From an uncultured bacterium (GTDB taxonomy: Bacteria > Patescibacteriota > Microgenomatia > Levybacterales > UBA12049): a DNA stretch of 64,000 bases. The translations under genes were made by a program, and so were the position numbers. Under the pieces are notes generated by a model. The model worked only from the letters and a program-made list of their open reading frames with translations. It had not been told where the DNA came from and made no database searches. Where the stretch lies: NCBI GenBank assembly GCA_963826535.1, contig CAWGXL010000010.1, forward strand, positions 170,814-234,813, written 5' to 3'. Of the stretch, positions 1 through 9,252 are shown in pieces (position 1 is the first letter of the stretch; the number at the start of each line of letters is the position of its first letter).

Positions 1-1259
1 CAACAATATTTTTAGCGGTCTCTCCCTGGCATATTATGCTTTCACGTGCGGCTTTTGAGGCAAATGTCGCAACCTTCTTTTTAATTGTCGGAGTTACAAG
101 TTTTCTTTATTGGATTAATAAAAAAAATATATTTCTCGTCTTGTCAGTATTATCGTTTGTTCTTTCGCTTTATACATTTAATTCTGCCCGTGTAGTAGCT
201 CCGCTTTTGGTAATTTTGTTGGTAGTGGGATTTTGGAAAATATTATTGCAGAGGAAAAATGCTGTTATTACAGCAGGAATTATTGGATTTTTGCTTGCGG
301 CACCTCTTGTACCCTTTTTATTATCTCCGCAGGCAGGATTGAGATATAAAGAGGTAAATATTTTTTCAGATCCGCAAATTGTAGAAAAGGCTAATCAACA
401 AATCGCCAATGATAATAACGCTTGGTGGTCAAAGATTATCCATAATCGGCGTGTGGGATATGGATTATCTTATATGCAACATTATTTAGATAATTTTTCT
501 CCTGACTTTCTATTTATAAAAGGCAATGGAAATCCCAAATTTTCCACACAAGACGTCGGGCAAATGTATATTTGGTCGCTACCCTTTTTTATATTAGGTG
601 TACTTTTTCTATTTAAAAAAAGAGAAGGACATTGGTGGATAGTTCCTGCCTGGCTATTACTTAGTATAGTACCCGCGGCAGTAGCGCGTGAGACCCCCCA
701 TTCTTTAAGAACGGAGGGTGCACTGCCTACATTTCAAATACTTGAGGCGTATGGTTTTATAGGAGTACTTATTTTTATTAAGGAGCATTTTAGAAAGAAG
801 ATTTTTACTCTCGCATGCGCAATCTTTGGGGTTATATATATATTTAACATTGCTTATTTTATCCATGGTTATTATGCTCATTATGCATGGCAATACTCAG
901 GTGAATGGCAGTATGGCTATAAAGATTCGATCAACTTTATTAGGGATCATGAGCAACAGTTTGATAAGATTTTCGTAACTGATGCCCTAGGGAGGCCATA
1001 TATTTATTATCTCTTTTATCTGAAAACCCCTCCTGAAACTTTTAGAAATAATGCAAAAGTAGAACGGGATTCATTTGGATTTGTAAAAGTAAAAGATTTT
1101 GGGAAGTTTTCTTTTGATAGCAATATTAGTGGACCAAGGCTTGAAGATGAGAAAGTGTTATATATTAGTGATATGAAAAATATTCCCCGAAATGCGAAAG
1201 TTCTAAAAACTTTTTATCTCAAAAATGGAAGCCCGGTATTAATTGCATATGTAATTTGA
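1..1259 (+). CDS. GT-C membrane glycosyltransferase (PMT_2/ArnT-like), 5'-partial at window edge
   Basis: The frame is open from nt 3. The upstream translation TIFLAVSPWHIMLSRAAFEANVA aligns with residues ~125-150 of the next gene (LLLAISPWHLQFSRVGFEANIG). The C-terminal motifs EWQYGYK and FYLFYLKTPPE are shared with 1261..2907. It has multiple TM segments. Confidence 0.6.
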   Translation, partial: TIFLAVSPWHIMLSRAAFEANVATFFLIVGVTSFLYWINKKNIFLVLSVLSFVLSLYTFNSARVVAPLLVILLVVGFWKILLQRKNAVITAGIIGFLLAAPLVPFLLSPQAGLRYKEVNIFSDPQIVEKANQQIANDNNAWWSKIIHNRRVGYGLSYMQHYLDNFSPDFLFIKGNGNPKFSTQDVGQMYIWSLPFFILGVLFLFKKREGHWWIVPAWLLLSIVPAAVARETPHSLRTEGALPTFQILEAYGFIGVLIFIKEHFRKKIFTLACAIFGVIYIFNIAYFIHGYYAHYAWQYSGEWQYGYKDSINFIRDHEQQFDKIFVTDALGRPYIYYLFYLKTPPETFRNNAKVERDSFGFVKVKDFGKFSFDSNISGPRLEDEKVLYISDMKNIPRNAKVLKTFYLKNGSPVLIAYVI

Positions 1260-1260
1260 C

Positions 1261-2907
1261 ATGAAAAAAAAAGTTGGATTATTATTACTTGCCATTTTAG
1301 CGTTAGCGTTTATGTTAAGATTTTGGGATTTGGGTAAGGTTCCTATATCGCCTAATTGGGATGAGGTGGCACTTGGTTATAATGCATATTCGATTATTCA
1401 GACGGGAAGGGATGAATATGGTAAATTTCTGCCGGTTATTTTTAGATCCTTTGATGATTATAAGCCAGGGCTGTATACGTACCTCGCGATACCGTCTGTA
1501 TATACATTTGGGCTCAATACATTTGCTGTACGTTTGCCTTCTGCAATCTTTGGCGTACTCGCTGTGTTAGCGACATTTTATTTAGTACGTGAATTATTCA
1601 AGCGTGATAGTTACGCGTTTATTGCCGCTTTGCTGTTGGCAATTTCTCCCTGGCATCTTCAGTTTTCCCGCGTTGGTTTTGAGGCCAATATAGGTGACGC
1701 ATTAAATATTTTTGCTGCGTTATTTTTTATTAAAGGATTGAAGAAACCATGGTTTTTAACACTGAGCACTGTTTGCGCTGCGCTTTCTTTACATGCTTAT
1801 CAATCTGAAAAAGTTTTCACTCCACTTTTTATGCTTTTGTTAATTGCGATCTACTTTAAGGTTTTGGTTAAAATAGATAAGAAGAAAATTCTTTCTGCAT
1901 TTTTAGTAGGTATAGTTGTCACATTACCGTTGATACACGCAATTGTTTCAGATAAAAATGTTTTGCTCAGAGCAAAAGGTACAAGCATTTTCCAAGATAA
2001 AGACTGGTTGCTTAAAGATCAGGTGAGCATCTTACAATATGAGGTTTCTCAGGGAGATAAGTTAGGAGTATTGTTTGACAATAGAAGAGTTCTCTATGTT
2101 AAAACAGTTATATCGGGATATCTGATTCACTTCAATCCGAATTGGCTATTTATAACCGGCGATATTGCCAGACATCACGCGCCAGGTATGGGATTGTTAT
2201 ATTTATGGGAGTTACCTTTTATATTAATAGGTATCTATTTTCTTATTTTTGGGAAATTTGATAGAAGAACAAAACTGTTTATTTTCGGATGGTTTTTGCT
2301 GGTTCCTATACCTGCATCTATTACAACTGAATTACCTCATTCGGTGCGGACATTAAATTTTCTACCTGTATGGCAAATATTTACTTTGCTTGGTCTTATG
2401 ACCGCATATGGATTTTGGAAGAATATAAAAAAAGGTATATTTAGAATTATACTAGCTGTAGCTTTTCTGGGGGCTGTATTCCTTAACTTTTTTTACTATC
2501 TTAATCAATATTTTGTTCAACAAAACTTTTATTATGCAAGCGAATGGCAATATGGTTATGAATCAGCAATTAAGAGTATGCAGGAAGAAAAAAAGAATTA
2601 CAAAAAAGTGATTGTGTCGGATTTTGCTCCAATGGATAAATCATATATGTTTTTCTTATTTTATCTTAAATACCCGCCTGTGGCTTATCAAGTAGTCGGG
2701 GTGAACAGTTCGGGTCATTTTGCTGCGCATCATAGATTTGATAAGTATGAATTCCGTCCGATAAATTGGGATAAAGAAGAAAAGAGTTCGGACATACTCT
2801 ATATTGGAAGACCAAAAGACTTCCCTGAAAAAGTAAAGGCGCAAAAAATTATTTCATATCCAGATGGTAAACCTGCGATAATACTTGTAGAAGGAGAACA
2901 AATATGA
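1261..2907 (+). CDS. polyprenol-phosphate-sugar dependent GT-C glycosyltransferase (PMT_2/ArnT-like, GT39/GT83-type)
   Basis: 548 aa, about 11 TM. N-terminal periplasmic-loop motif WDEVALGYNAYSI...GRDEYG plus a YKPGLYTY loop. It is a paralog of 1..1259. Confidence 0.7.
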   Translation: MKKKVGLLLLAILALAFMLRFWDLGKVPISPNWDEVALGYNAYSIIQTGRDEYGKFLPVIFRSFDDYKPGLYTYLAIPSVYTFGLNTFAVRLPSAIFGVLAVLATFYLVRELFKRDSYAFIAALLLAISPWHLQFSRVGFEANIGDALNIFAALFFIKGLKKPWFLTLSTVCAALSLHAYQSEKVFTPLFMLLLIAIYFKVLVKIDKKKILSAFLVGIVVTLPLIHAIVSDKNVLLRAKGTSIFQDKDWLLKDQVSILQYEVSQGDKLGVLFDNRRVLYVKTVISGYLIHFNPNWLFITGDIARHHAPGMGLLYLWELPFILIGIYFLIFGKFDRRTKLFIFGWFLLVPIPASITTELPHSVRTLNFLPVWQIFTLLGLMTAYGFWKNIKKGIFRIILAVAFLGAVFLNFFYYLNQYFVQQNFYYASEWQYGYESAIKSMQEEKKNYKKVIVSDFAPMDKSYMFFLFYLKYPPVAYQVVGVNSSGHFAAHHRFDKYEFRPINWDKEEKSSDILYIGRPKDFPEKVKAQKIISYPDGKPAIILVEGEQI

Positions 2908-3779
2908 AAAAACTAACAGTTGCTTTGGCGACGTACAATGAGGAAAGTAACTTATCCGAGTGTCTTGAGTCTATAAAGGACTTGGCCTCAGAAATTGTTA
3001 TTGTTGATGGGTCATCTACAGATAGAACTATAGAGATCGCTAAGAAGTTTGGGGCAAAAGTAGAGGTTACGAATAACCCGCCAATTTTTCATATTAACAA
3101 ACAAAAAGCAATGGATCTAGCGACTAATGATTGGGTCTTGCAACTTGATGCTGATGAGCGTGTAAGCGCAGCGCTTTCTGAAGAGATAAAAAAAGTTATA
3201 AGTATGTCTAATGAAGATTTGAAGGAATATCAAGAAAAGCTTCCAAATAGAAGATTATTTATGAAACACCAAAGGTTACTTATAAAAAGAGATGGGAATA
3301 TCGGCACAGCAGATGGACCATATGTTGCTTTTTTTATTCCCAGACTTAACTATTTTTTGGGAAGATATCTTAAATACGGTGGTATTTATCCGGATGGGGT
3401 TATACGGTTGCTCAAAAAAGGAAAAGCATATTTGCCGTGTATTGATGTCCATGAGCAAATGGTTGTTAAGGGTAGTGTAGGATGGTTACAGAATTCCCTT
3501 TTGCATAAAGATTCACCCACGTTTGAGCGGTACTTGCAGCGCAATAGTCGTTATATTGATCTTATTGCAAAAAAGCTGGAGGAAGAGAGTATCAAAAAAG
3601 ATATAAAAACTTCTGCTGACTATCTTTTATTCAAACCTCTCTCTTGGTTTTTTCTCACACAGGTAAGACATAAGGGTATTCTGGATGGATATCAAGGAGT
3701 AATTTTTTCATTTTTTTCAGCATTGCGATTTCCCAGAGCGTACTTAAGATATATAAAAAAATCAGGATTAAGAAGATAA
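2904..3779 (+). CDS. GT2 family glycosyltransferase
   Basis: ATGA overlap with the upstream gene. N-terminal motifs ALATYNEESNL..IVIVDGSSTDRT and QLDADE (DxD) indicate a GT-A fold. Confidence 0.8.
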   Translation: MKKLTVALATYNEESNLSECLESIKDLASEIVIVDGSSTDRTIEIAKKFGAKVEVTNNPPIFHINKQKAMDLATNDWVLQLDADERVSAALSEEIKKVISMSNEDLKEYQEKLPNRRLFMKHQRLLIKRDGNIGTADGPYVAFFIPRLNYFLGRYLKYGGIYPDGVIRLLKKGKAYLPCIDVHEQMVVKGSVGWLQNSLLHKDSPTFERYLQRNSRYIDLIAKKLEEESIKKDIKTSADYLLFKPLSWFFLTQVRHKGILDGYQGVIFSFFSALRFPRAYLRYIKKSGLRR

Positions 3780-3784
3780 GCACA

Positions 3785-5326
3785 ATGCATCACAGGATCA
3801 AAAGCTTTTTTGAAAAACCAATCGCTATTTTTATAGCAGCAGCGATACTATCCATTGTGCCGACAATAGCTATTTTTTATAAGATTGCAACAGGAGATAT
3901 TTCTTTTTGGTATGACCCTGCAAGGGATTTGCTTTCATCTCTGGAAAATTTACATAAACCTACCTTGATTGGTCCACCTTCCGGCATACCTGGAGTATTC
4001 TATGGTCCATATTGGATTTGGCTTTTGAGTTTTGGACTAATTTTTTCACAAGATCCCCGCCTGGTCACAATCGTAGTACTAACAATTCCTTATTTTATTT
4101 TATTCCCCTTCATTCTTTCGCGTTTTTCAAAAATAATTGGTTGGCACACTATTGCTATTTTGTGGCTCCTTTTTCTATTGACGTCACAAAAGTATTTTAC
4201 CAATCTTTGGAACCCACACCCATCTCTTCTCATCATTCTGCTCAGCATTTATTTGTTTTTTATCAAAACAACCGCGAAGTCTTTCAAAAACTCTCTTATC
4301 ACTTTTTTTGCAGGATTTACAACTGGCCTTGTCATGAACTTCCAACTATCGTTTGGAATAGGAATGCTTTTAGGCATGACCTTCTATCTACTTGGAGAAA
4401 GCATCGTCTATCTTGTTGCGGCAAAAAAGAAATTAGAAGCATTATTGCTAAGAATAAGCATCATGGTTTTATTTGTCCTAGGCTGCATTATATCTTTTAC
4501 TCCCTTTTTGGTTTTTGAATTCCGGCATAATTTTTTACAAACAAAAACACTTATTAATGCATTTACGCATTTTGGCGCAGTGGTAGATCTTACAGGTTTA
4601 ACAAAACCGCAAATACTACAAGTTTTTTTCAATCAAATAAGCAACGTTTTACACCTAACATTTATTCCGGCTATGATATCTTTTATCATTATAACCGTCT
4701 TTTACATTTATTCTTACAGAAAAAGAGGTGACCAGGTAAAAAGTAAAGAAATAAAATTGATAAGTATACTGGTCGCAATTACATCGGGGATTATGTATCT
4801 TTACCTAACTGCAAAAAATCCTATTTGGGATTACCATTTTATTGGTTTTGAACCTCTCATTTTATTATTAATAGGAATTTTTATTGATAGAGCCAAAGCT
4901 CTAAAAATTATTATAACATTATGGATTGTAGTCTTAGTAGCGAACTACACATTTGATTTTATTAAAGGATTTAGGCATGAACCGAAACACATAGAAGGCA
5001 ATCTCGCAGCAGTTGAAGAAGTAGCTAAAAAAATTCAAAAAGAAAGCGATAATAAAGATTACGAAGTTTTTGCATATAGTCAATCCATTTACATATATGA
5101 GTATTCTTATCTATTTAAATGGCTGAATCAGAAGGATGTTCCTTTTGACCCAGGCCAAGTTAGGCCAGGTTCTTCTCTTGTGTACGTAATTATTCCTAAC
5201 TCAGCAAAAAATATGTATAATAGCTATATTGAATATAGAGCCCCGGGTAAGCAATATAAAACAGCAAAAAGTTGGAAAATGAGTGATGGTACAGCGATCG
5301 TCCAGCGTGTAAAAATAATCAAATGA
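3785..5326 (+). CDS. polytopic membrane protein, putative GT-C glycosyltransferase (paralog of 5323..6948)
   Basis: 513 aa with many TM. The N-terminal loop WYDPARDLLSSLENLHKPTLIGPPSGIPGVFYGPYWIWLL aligns with GIGDDSSRDIAIAREALARHELPLIGSFSSAGPFVFGPLFYWVL of the next gene. Confidence 0.5.
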   Translation: MHHRIKSFFEKPIAIFIAAAILSIVPTIAIFYKIATGDISFWYDPARDLLSSLENLHKPTLIGPPSGIPGVFYGPYWIWLLSFGLIFSQDPRLVTIVVLTIPYFILFPFILSRFSKIIGWHTIAILWLLFLLTSQKYFTNLWNPHPSLLIILLSIYLFFIKTTAKSFKNSLITFFAGFTTGLVMNFQLSFGIGMLLGMTFYLLGESIVYLVAAKKKLEALLLRISIMVLFVLGCIISFTPFLVFEFRHNFLQTKTLINAFTHFGAVVDLTGLTKPQILQVFFNQISNVLHLTFIPAMISFIIITVFYIYSYRKRGDQVKSKEIKLISILVAITSGIMYLYLTAKNPIWDYHFIGFEPLILLLIGIFIDRAKALKIIITLWIVVLVANYTFDFIKGFRHEPKHIEGNLAAVEEVAKKIQKESDNKDYEVFAYSQSIYIYEYSYLFKWLNQKDVPFDPGQVRPGSSLVYVIIPNSAKNMYNSYIEYRAPGKQYKTAKSWKMSDGTAIVQRVKIIK

Positions 5327-6948
5327 AACAGAAAAACACTAATCCATTAAAATCCAAAAAAAATAGCAAAATTAATGCGAATCACGAAAGTTTTTTACAA
5401 AAAATTTCGAGGCAAAAATTCCTCATAGGTATTTTGGTAATTCTTTTTATAGCTACTATTCTTCGGTTTTATGATTACCCAACTCGTTGGGGAATAGGAG
5501 ACGACAGTAGCCGGGATATTGCGATAGCAAGAGAAGCTTTAGCTCGTCATGAGCTACCTCTGATTGGTTCATTTAGTTCTGCTGGTCCTTTTGTCTTCGG
5601 TCCACTTTTCTATTGGGTTCTCATGGCGAGTTATATCATACTTCCTTTTTGGTTTACTGCTCCGGTAATAGTAACTGTTTTGACTAGTATCCTAACAGTT
5701 GGCGTGTTGACAGCAGGCGGTTATTTAATTGGCGGTAAAAGATTGGCAATACTTGTGGGTGTACTTGCCACTACCGCTCCTCAGATGGTCGCCCGTTCCG
5801 TCGCTATTGGTCAGCATTCATATGTAGCTATTTCGACTGCGTCACTTTTCCTCTTTTTTATTCTCTATTGGAAAAGACGAAATCCAGTGTATGCCTTTTT
5901 GATGGGATTGGCGTTGGGAGCGGCACTAAGTTTCCATTATCAGACAATTAATCTTTTAATTTTTTTTGCTGCAATTCTCTTTATTCCAAAAGTAAACCTA
6001 GTACATAGAATTGGTGGCTTGCTCAGTATGGGTGTAGGTTTTCTTATCCCTTCACTTCCTCTTATCATTTGGGATAGCCAACAGCAATGGGCAAATTTGC
6101 GAAATATTCTTGATTATTTATTGATAGCACAATATCGTTTGTATGTCCCAAACAGCTGGAGGCTTTTCCTTTTCAATTACTTGCCTTCATATTGGTCATT
6201 TGTTGTCAGCGGTTATGCTGCCAGTGCTTTATTCGTCATGACAGTGACGTTTATTGTGGTTTGTGTATCTGCTATCAGGAGAAAAATTTCAGGTATTATG
6301 GTGGCGTTTAGTATAATCTTTGCTATTTTACTGTTCGTTAACAAATTTTATAAAGGAGAACGTTCAGAAGGCTACCTTATTTATTTATCACCGTTTATTA
6401 TTCTTTTTACAGCATGGAGTATTGAGAAGCTCTTTCAAGTATCAGGAAAAAGAATATATTTAAGATTAGGTCAGCTTATCGGTATAATAGTTCTTCTCAT
6501 TATCCTTACGGGAAATTTTTTGCAAATCAAACATTACGAAAATAGTAAAAACATAAAACATGAACTTGATACAACAATTAGTTTTCTTATAAAAAAATAT
6601 CCAGACACAAAATTTGTAATATATGATTATCGAAATAGGGCAGGAGCGGTGAGTCAGCCATTGGGTCTTTTTTTGAAATTGCAAGACAAAACAGATTCTC
6701 AGGGAATGCCAATCGGTTTTACCTGTTCCGGTGGGGATTGTCCACAGAAGCTCCCTGTAATAGCTACGCTTGCCGGCCGGCCTATTATTGATATGAGTAG
6801 CGTAATAAATAGAGATAATAAGTCGAGTAATTGGGTGAAAGTGAATCAGGAAAATATGTATGATGACCTTATTGGTTGGTCAAAGAGGCATGAGCTGAAA
6901 TCCACCTTTTCGATTCAAAATTACCTCATGGAAAGACTTAGATTATAA
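5323..6948 (+). CDS. GT-C membrane glycosyltransferase (ArnT/PMT_2-like)
   Basis: ATGA overlap with the upstream gene. 541 aa, polytopic. It has the DDxxRD-type first-loop motif typical of ArnT/PMT-like enzymes. Confidence 0.6.
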   Translation: MKQKNTNPLKSKKNSKINANHESFLQKISRQKFLIGILVILFIATILRFYDYPTRWGIGDDSSRDIAIAREALARHELPLIGSFSSAGPFVFGPLFYWVLMASYIILPFWFTAPVIVTVLTSILTVGVLTAGGYLIGGKRLAILVGVLATTAPQMVARSVAIGQHSYVAISTASLFLFFILYWKRRNPVYAFLMGLALGAALSFHYQTINLLIFFAAILFIPKVNLVHRIGGLLSMGVGFLIPSLPLIIWDSQQQWANLRNILDYLLIAQYRLYVPNSWRLFLFNYLPSYWSFVVSGYAASALFVMTVTFIVVCVSAIRRKISGIMVAFSIIFAILLFVNKFYKGERSEGYLIYLSPFIILFTAWSIEKLFQVSGKRIYLRLGQLIGIIVLLIILTGNFLQIKHYENSKNIKHELDTTISFLIKKYPDTKFVIYDYRNRAGAVSQPLGLFLKLQDKTDSQGMPIGFTCSGGDCPQKLPVIATLAGRPIIDMSSVINRDNKSSNWVKVNQENMYDDLIGWSKRHELKSTFSIQNYLMERLRL

Positions 6949-7115
6949 TCCCGAGCTGCATTTGAGGCAAATGTAGCCACATTTTTTCTTGTTTTTGGTA
7001 TATATACTTTTCTCGCCGAAATCCAGGATAAACCCAAATTTCTCTTTCTGTCAGCAATATCTTTCGTGCTTTCTTTATTTCACGAAAAAGCACCGCTTCT
7101 GCTTCCCAGAATTCT
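6949..7115 (+). pseudogene. remnant (internal ~55-codon fragment) of a PMT_2/ArnT-like GT-C gene
   Basis: It starts directly after the stop of 5323..6948. The translation SRAAFEANVATFFLVFGIYTFLAEIQDKPKFLFLSAISFVLSLFHEKAPLLLP matches ORF 1..1259 residues SRAAFEANVATFFLIVGVTSFLYWINKKNIFLVLSVLSFVLSLYTFNSARVVAPLL. The DNA at 6950-6990 is near-identical to 48-90. There is no start codon and both gene ends are missing. Confidence 0.7.
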
Positions 7116-7147
7116 GCGGTGCTATTTTCGACGTTCAACGCTTTACT

Positions 7148-8842
7148 TTACAAAGAAATGTAATTCGCTGAAGCGTAATTGACCAAGCTTACCTTGGATT
7201 TGGCATCACCGGTACGGATCAAGACGTCACCGCCCTTATTTCCATAGTATTTAGAATACCAATATGGATTTTTGGCGAATTTGTGATTGTCTTTTTTAAC
7301 ATACTTATCCAAGTCCTGCTTCTTGAAGTACTTTTCGTAGTCAAGATGCTTAGTATATAGTTTGTAATGTTTTTTCACATCAACATGCTTTTTGTCTGAA
7401 TGCGAGTTATAGCTAACTTGCTTTACATAACTATATTTTTTGTCATCATGCTTTGAGTACTTCTTATCATGATCATCGTCTTTCTTGTAATCAGAATCCT
7501 TGTGTTTTGGATAAAGCACTAAGACGATTGGTGATTTGTGATCACCATAATTTTTGGCAAGCTTTCCCTTATGTTCATAGTCATGCTTAGAATCGACTAA
7601 TTTAGGATACGAGAAGTTAGTATATTTTTTAGCGTACGCGCCATCGTCTTCCCGATATTTTTTATCATAATCGTAATCATCATGCTTGACATATGGGTTG
7701 TAATGATCCTTATGATAGGCATCCTTTTTATCCTTATCATGATCGTATGACTTTTTTTGGTCTACGTAATTGTTATTATCATGATCTTTCTTGGATTGCT
7801 TCTTATCATAATCGTGATCTTTTACGACTTTTTTTTCATGATCATCATAGTTTATGAATTTATATGAATAATCATGATCTTTTTTATTCCCAACAAAGTG
7901 GTACGAGTCCTTGGAATAGGAATTATTGTCGTGCTTGTTATAGTCATGGTCTTTTCCATAATCAGACTTTTCTTCCTCACCCTTTTTATCAGATTCATGA
8001 TACCGATCTTTTTCATAATCATGTTTACCATAATCATGTTTGTATCGATCTGAATCGCCAGCTGTGTAACCTGTATGATTGTTGACATTGACATCGTTGT
8101 TTATATCGGTGTCATTATCTTGGTGCGCTTTCTCCTGAGAATCTTTTGAGAATTTGACTTTATTATCTGAGAATGCACCGTTTCCATGGATTTTAATATC
8201 CAGGTCTTCATCACACTCATTACACCCGGAAATCTGAGCAACGTTCAGGCCTGCCTCATTTTTTATAGAAACGTTTGCTTCAGCATCTCCCGTCTCAATT
8301 CGGACATCACCATCACCGCGTTTCCAGTAACCGGTGTTGCCGCTTGCGCGGTTATTCCCGGTATTATTTTCTACATCGACTTGTGTGTCAATGTTAGTGT
8401 TATTATTCTGGTCAACACGTGTAGTTTTATCGCTTGATAAACGGACATTATTGTCAGAGAATGCACCATTACCATGAATATTAATATCCAGGTCTTCATT
8501 ACATCCATTACAGCCCGAAACACGGGCGACATTTAGACCTGCCTTATTATGGATAGATACATTTGCATCTGCATCGCCGGTTTTGATTGCTACATCTCCT
8601 CCGGTATTTCCGTTAGCTGAGTTATGACCTGTAATATTACTTATTGACACATCATTTCTGATTGTTGTGTCATTTGATTGTCGGATAGCTACGTTTTTAT
8701 TCGTATCAACCCGAACCCTATTATCAGAACCATACCCATTACCCGAAACGCGAATATCTGTATCCGCTGAGGCTGAAGTTACGAAAACTAACCCCAAGAT
8801 TCCTACTGCTGATACCACTTTTGCTATTTTAGTTTTTAACAT
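7148..8842 (-). CDS. secreted repeat protein with Asp/His/Lys/Tyr-rich low-complexity region (unknown function)
   Basis: 564 aa. Signal peptide MLKTKIAKVVSAVGILGLVFVTSASA. Two ~96-aa repeats (GDVxIxTGDAxANVSIxNxAGLNVAxxSGCNxCxEDLDIxIHGNGAFSDN) and a third partial copy at the C-terminus. About 280 aa of KHDY/DHDY/KKD low complexity. Canonical SD GAAAGGAGGTGA 8 nt upstream of the ATG. Confidence 0.75.
   Translation of the reverse strand: MLKTKIAKVVSAVGILGLVFVTSASADTDIRVSGNGYGSDNRVRVDTNKNVAIRQSNDTTIRNDVSISNITGHNSANGNTGGDVAIKTGDADANVSIHNKAGLNVARVSGCNGCNEDLDINIHGNGAFSDNNVRLSSDKTTRVDQNNNTNIDTQVDVENNTGNNRASGNTGYWKRGDGDVRIETGDAEANVSIKNEAGLNVAQISGCNECDEDLDIKIHGNGAFSDNKVKFSKDSQEKAHQDNDTDINNDVNVNNHTGYTAGDSDRYKHDYGKHDYEKDRYHESDKKGEEEKSDYGKDHDYNKHDNNSYSKDSYHFVGNKKDHDYSYKFINYDDHEKKVVKDHDYDKKQSKKDHDNNNYVDQKKSYDHDKDKKDAYHKDHYNPYVKHDDYDYDKKYREDDGAYAKKYTNFSYPKLVDSKHDYEHKGKLAKNYGDHKSPIVLVLYPKHKDSDYKKDDDHDKKYSKHDDKKYSYVKQVSYNSHSDKKHVDVKKHYKLYTKHLDYEKYFKKQDLDKYVKKDNHKFAKNPYWYSKYYGNKGGDVLIRTGDAKSKVSLVNYASANYISL
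8162..8599 (-). repeat. intragenic direct repeat (two ~150-bp copies, period 288 bp) inside the secreted repeat protein gene
   Basis: The copies at 8162-8311 and 8450-8599 are ~75% identical at the DNA level and encode repeat units B2 and B1. Confidence 0.7.
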
Positions 8843-9035
8843 TATTTATTCACCTCCTTTCATTTGAGTGTAATATACTTATATAGCGGTTGTAAGTAAT
8901 AATATAAAACAATATTTGCTAATAATCCCGTAAGAAAAGTAAAAAGGATAATATAGATGAAGTAACATAATTACGCGCGCATATACAAATATATTATCTG
9001 TATCGTAAAATAGATTTTGAGGTTAATATAAGCGA

Positions 9036-9215
9036 AATGAAAATGCAAATAATACATAAATTAATTTTTCCATTCCTAAAGCCATTTTACCGGCTACTAT
9101 TAACCCAAATCAGGCACAAGGGAGCTTTAGAGGGAGCACAAGGCTTCATCTTCTCGTTCTTCTCCGCCCTCCGCTTCCCCATCGCCTACCTTAAATACTT
9201 AAGCAAAAAACGTTG
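9036..9215 (+). pseudogene. 3' remnant of a GT2 glycosyltransferase gene (paralog of 2904..3779)
   Basis: The translation MKMQIIHKLIFPFLKPFYRLLLTQIRHKGALEGAQGFIFSFFSALRFPIAYLKYLSKKR* aligns with the C-terminus of 2904..3779 (LLFKPLSWFFLTQVRHKGILDGYQGVIFSFFSALRFPRAYLRYIKKSGLRR*). Only ~59 codons remain. GC is locally elevated relative to the AT-rich spacer. Confidence 0.75.
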
Positions 9216-9240
9216 ACAAACTGTAAAAAGGTTATATAAT
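9213..9240 (+). promoter_or_regulatory. sigma70-type promoter (TTGACA-N16-TATAAT) driving a leaderless transcript
   Basis: TTGACA at 9213-9218 and TATAAT at 9235-9240. The ATG is at 9253, only ~6 nt after the predicted TSS, with no room for an SD. Confidence 0.5.
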
Positions 9241-9252
9241 GTCCTATATTAT

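Noticed and set aside
705-893. Short opposite-strand or alternative-frame ORFs nested in larger genes (705..893, 1361..1570, 4012..4518, 7852..8094, 13597..13893, 38698..39285 and similar)
   Set aside because: They are fully embedded in longer ORFs with clear homology, are AT-rich and low-complexity, and have no motifs. They are typical spurious ORFs of an AT-rich genome.
8162-8599. Repeated DNA that could be mistaken for a CRISPR array or a minisatellite
   Set aside because: The repeats are long (~150 bp), imperfect and in frame within a protein-coding gene. No short identical repeats with unique spacers occur anywhere in the window.
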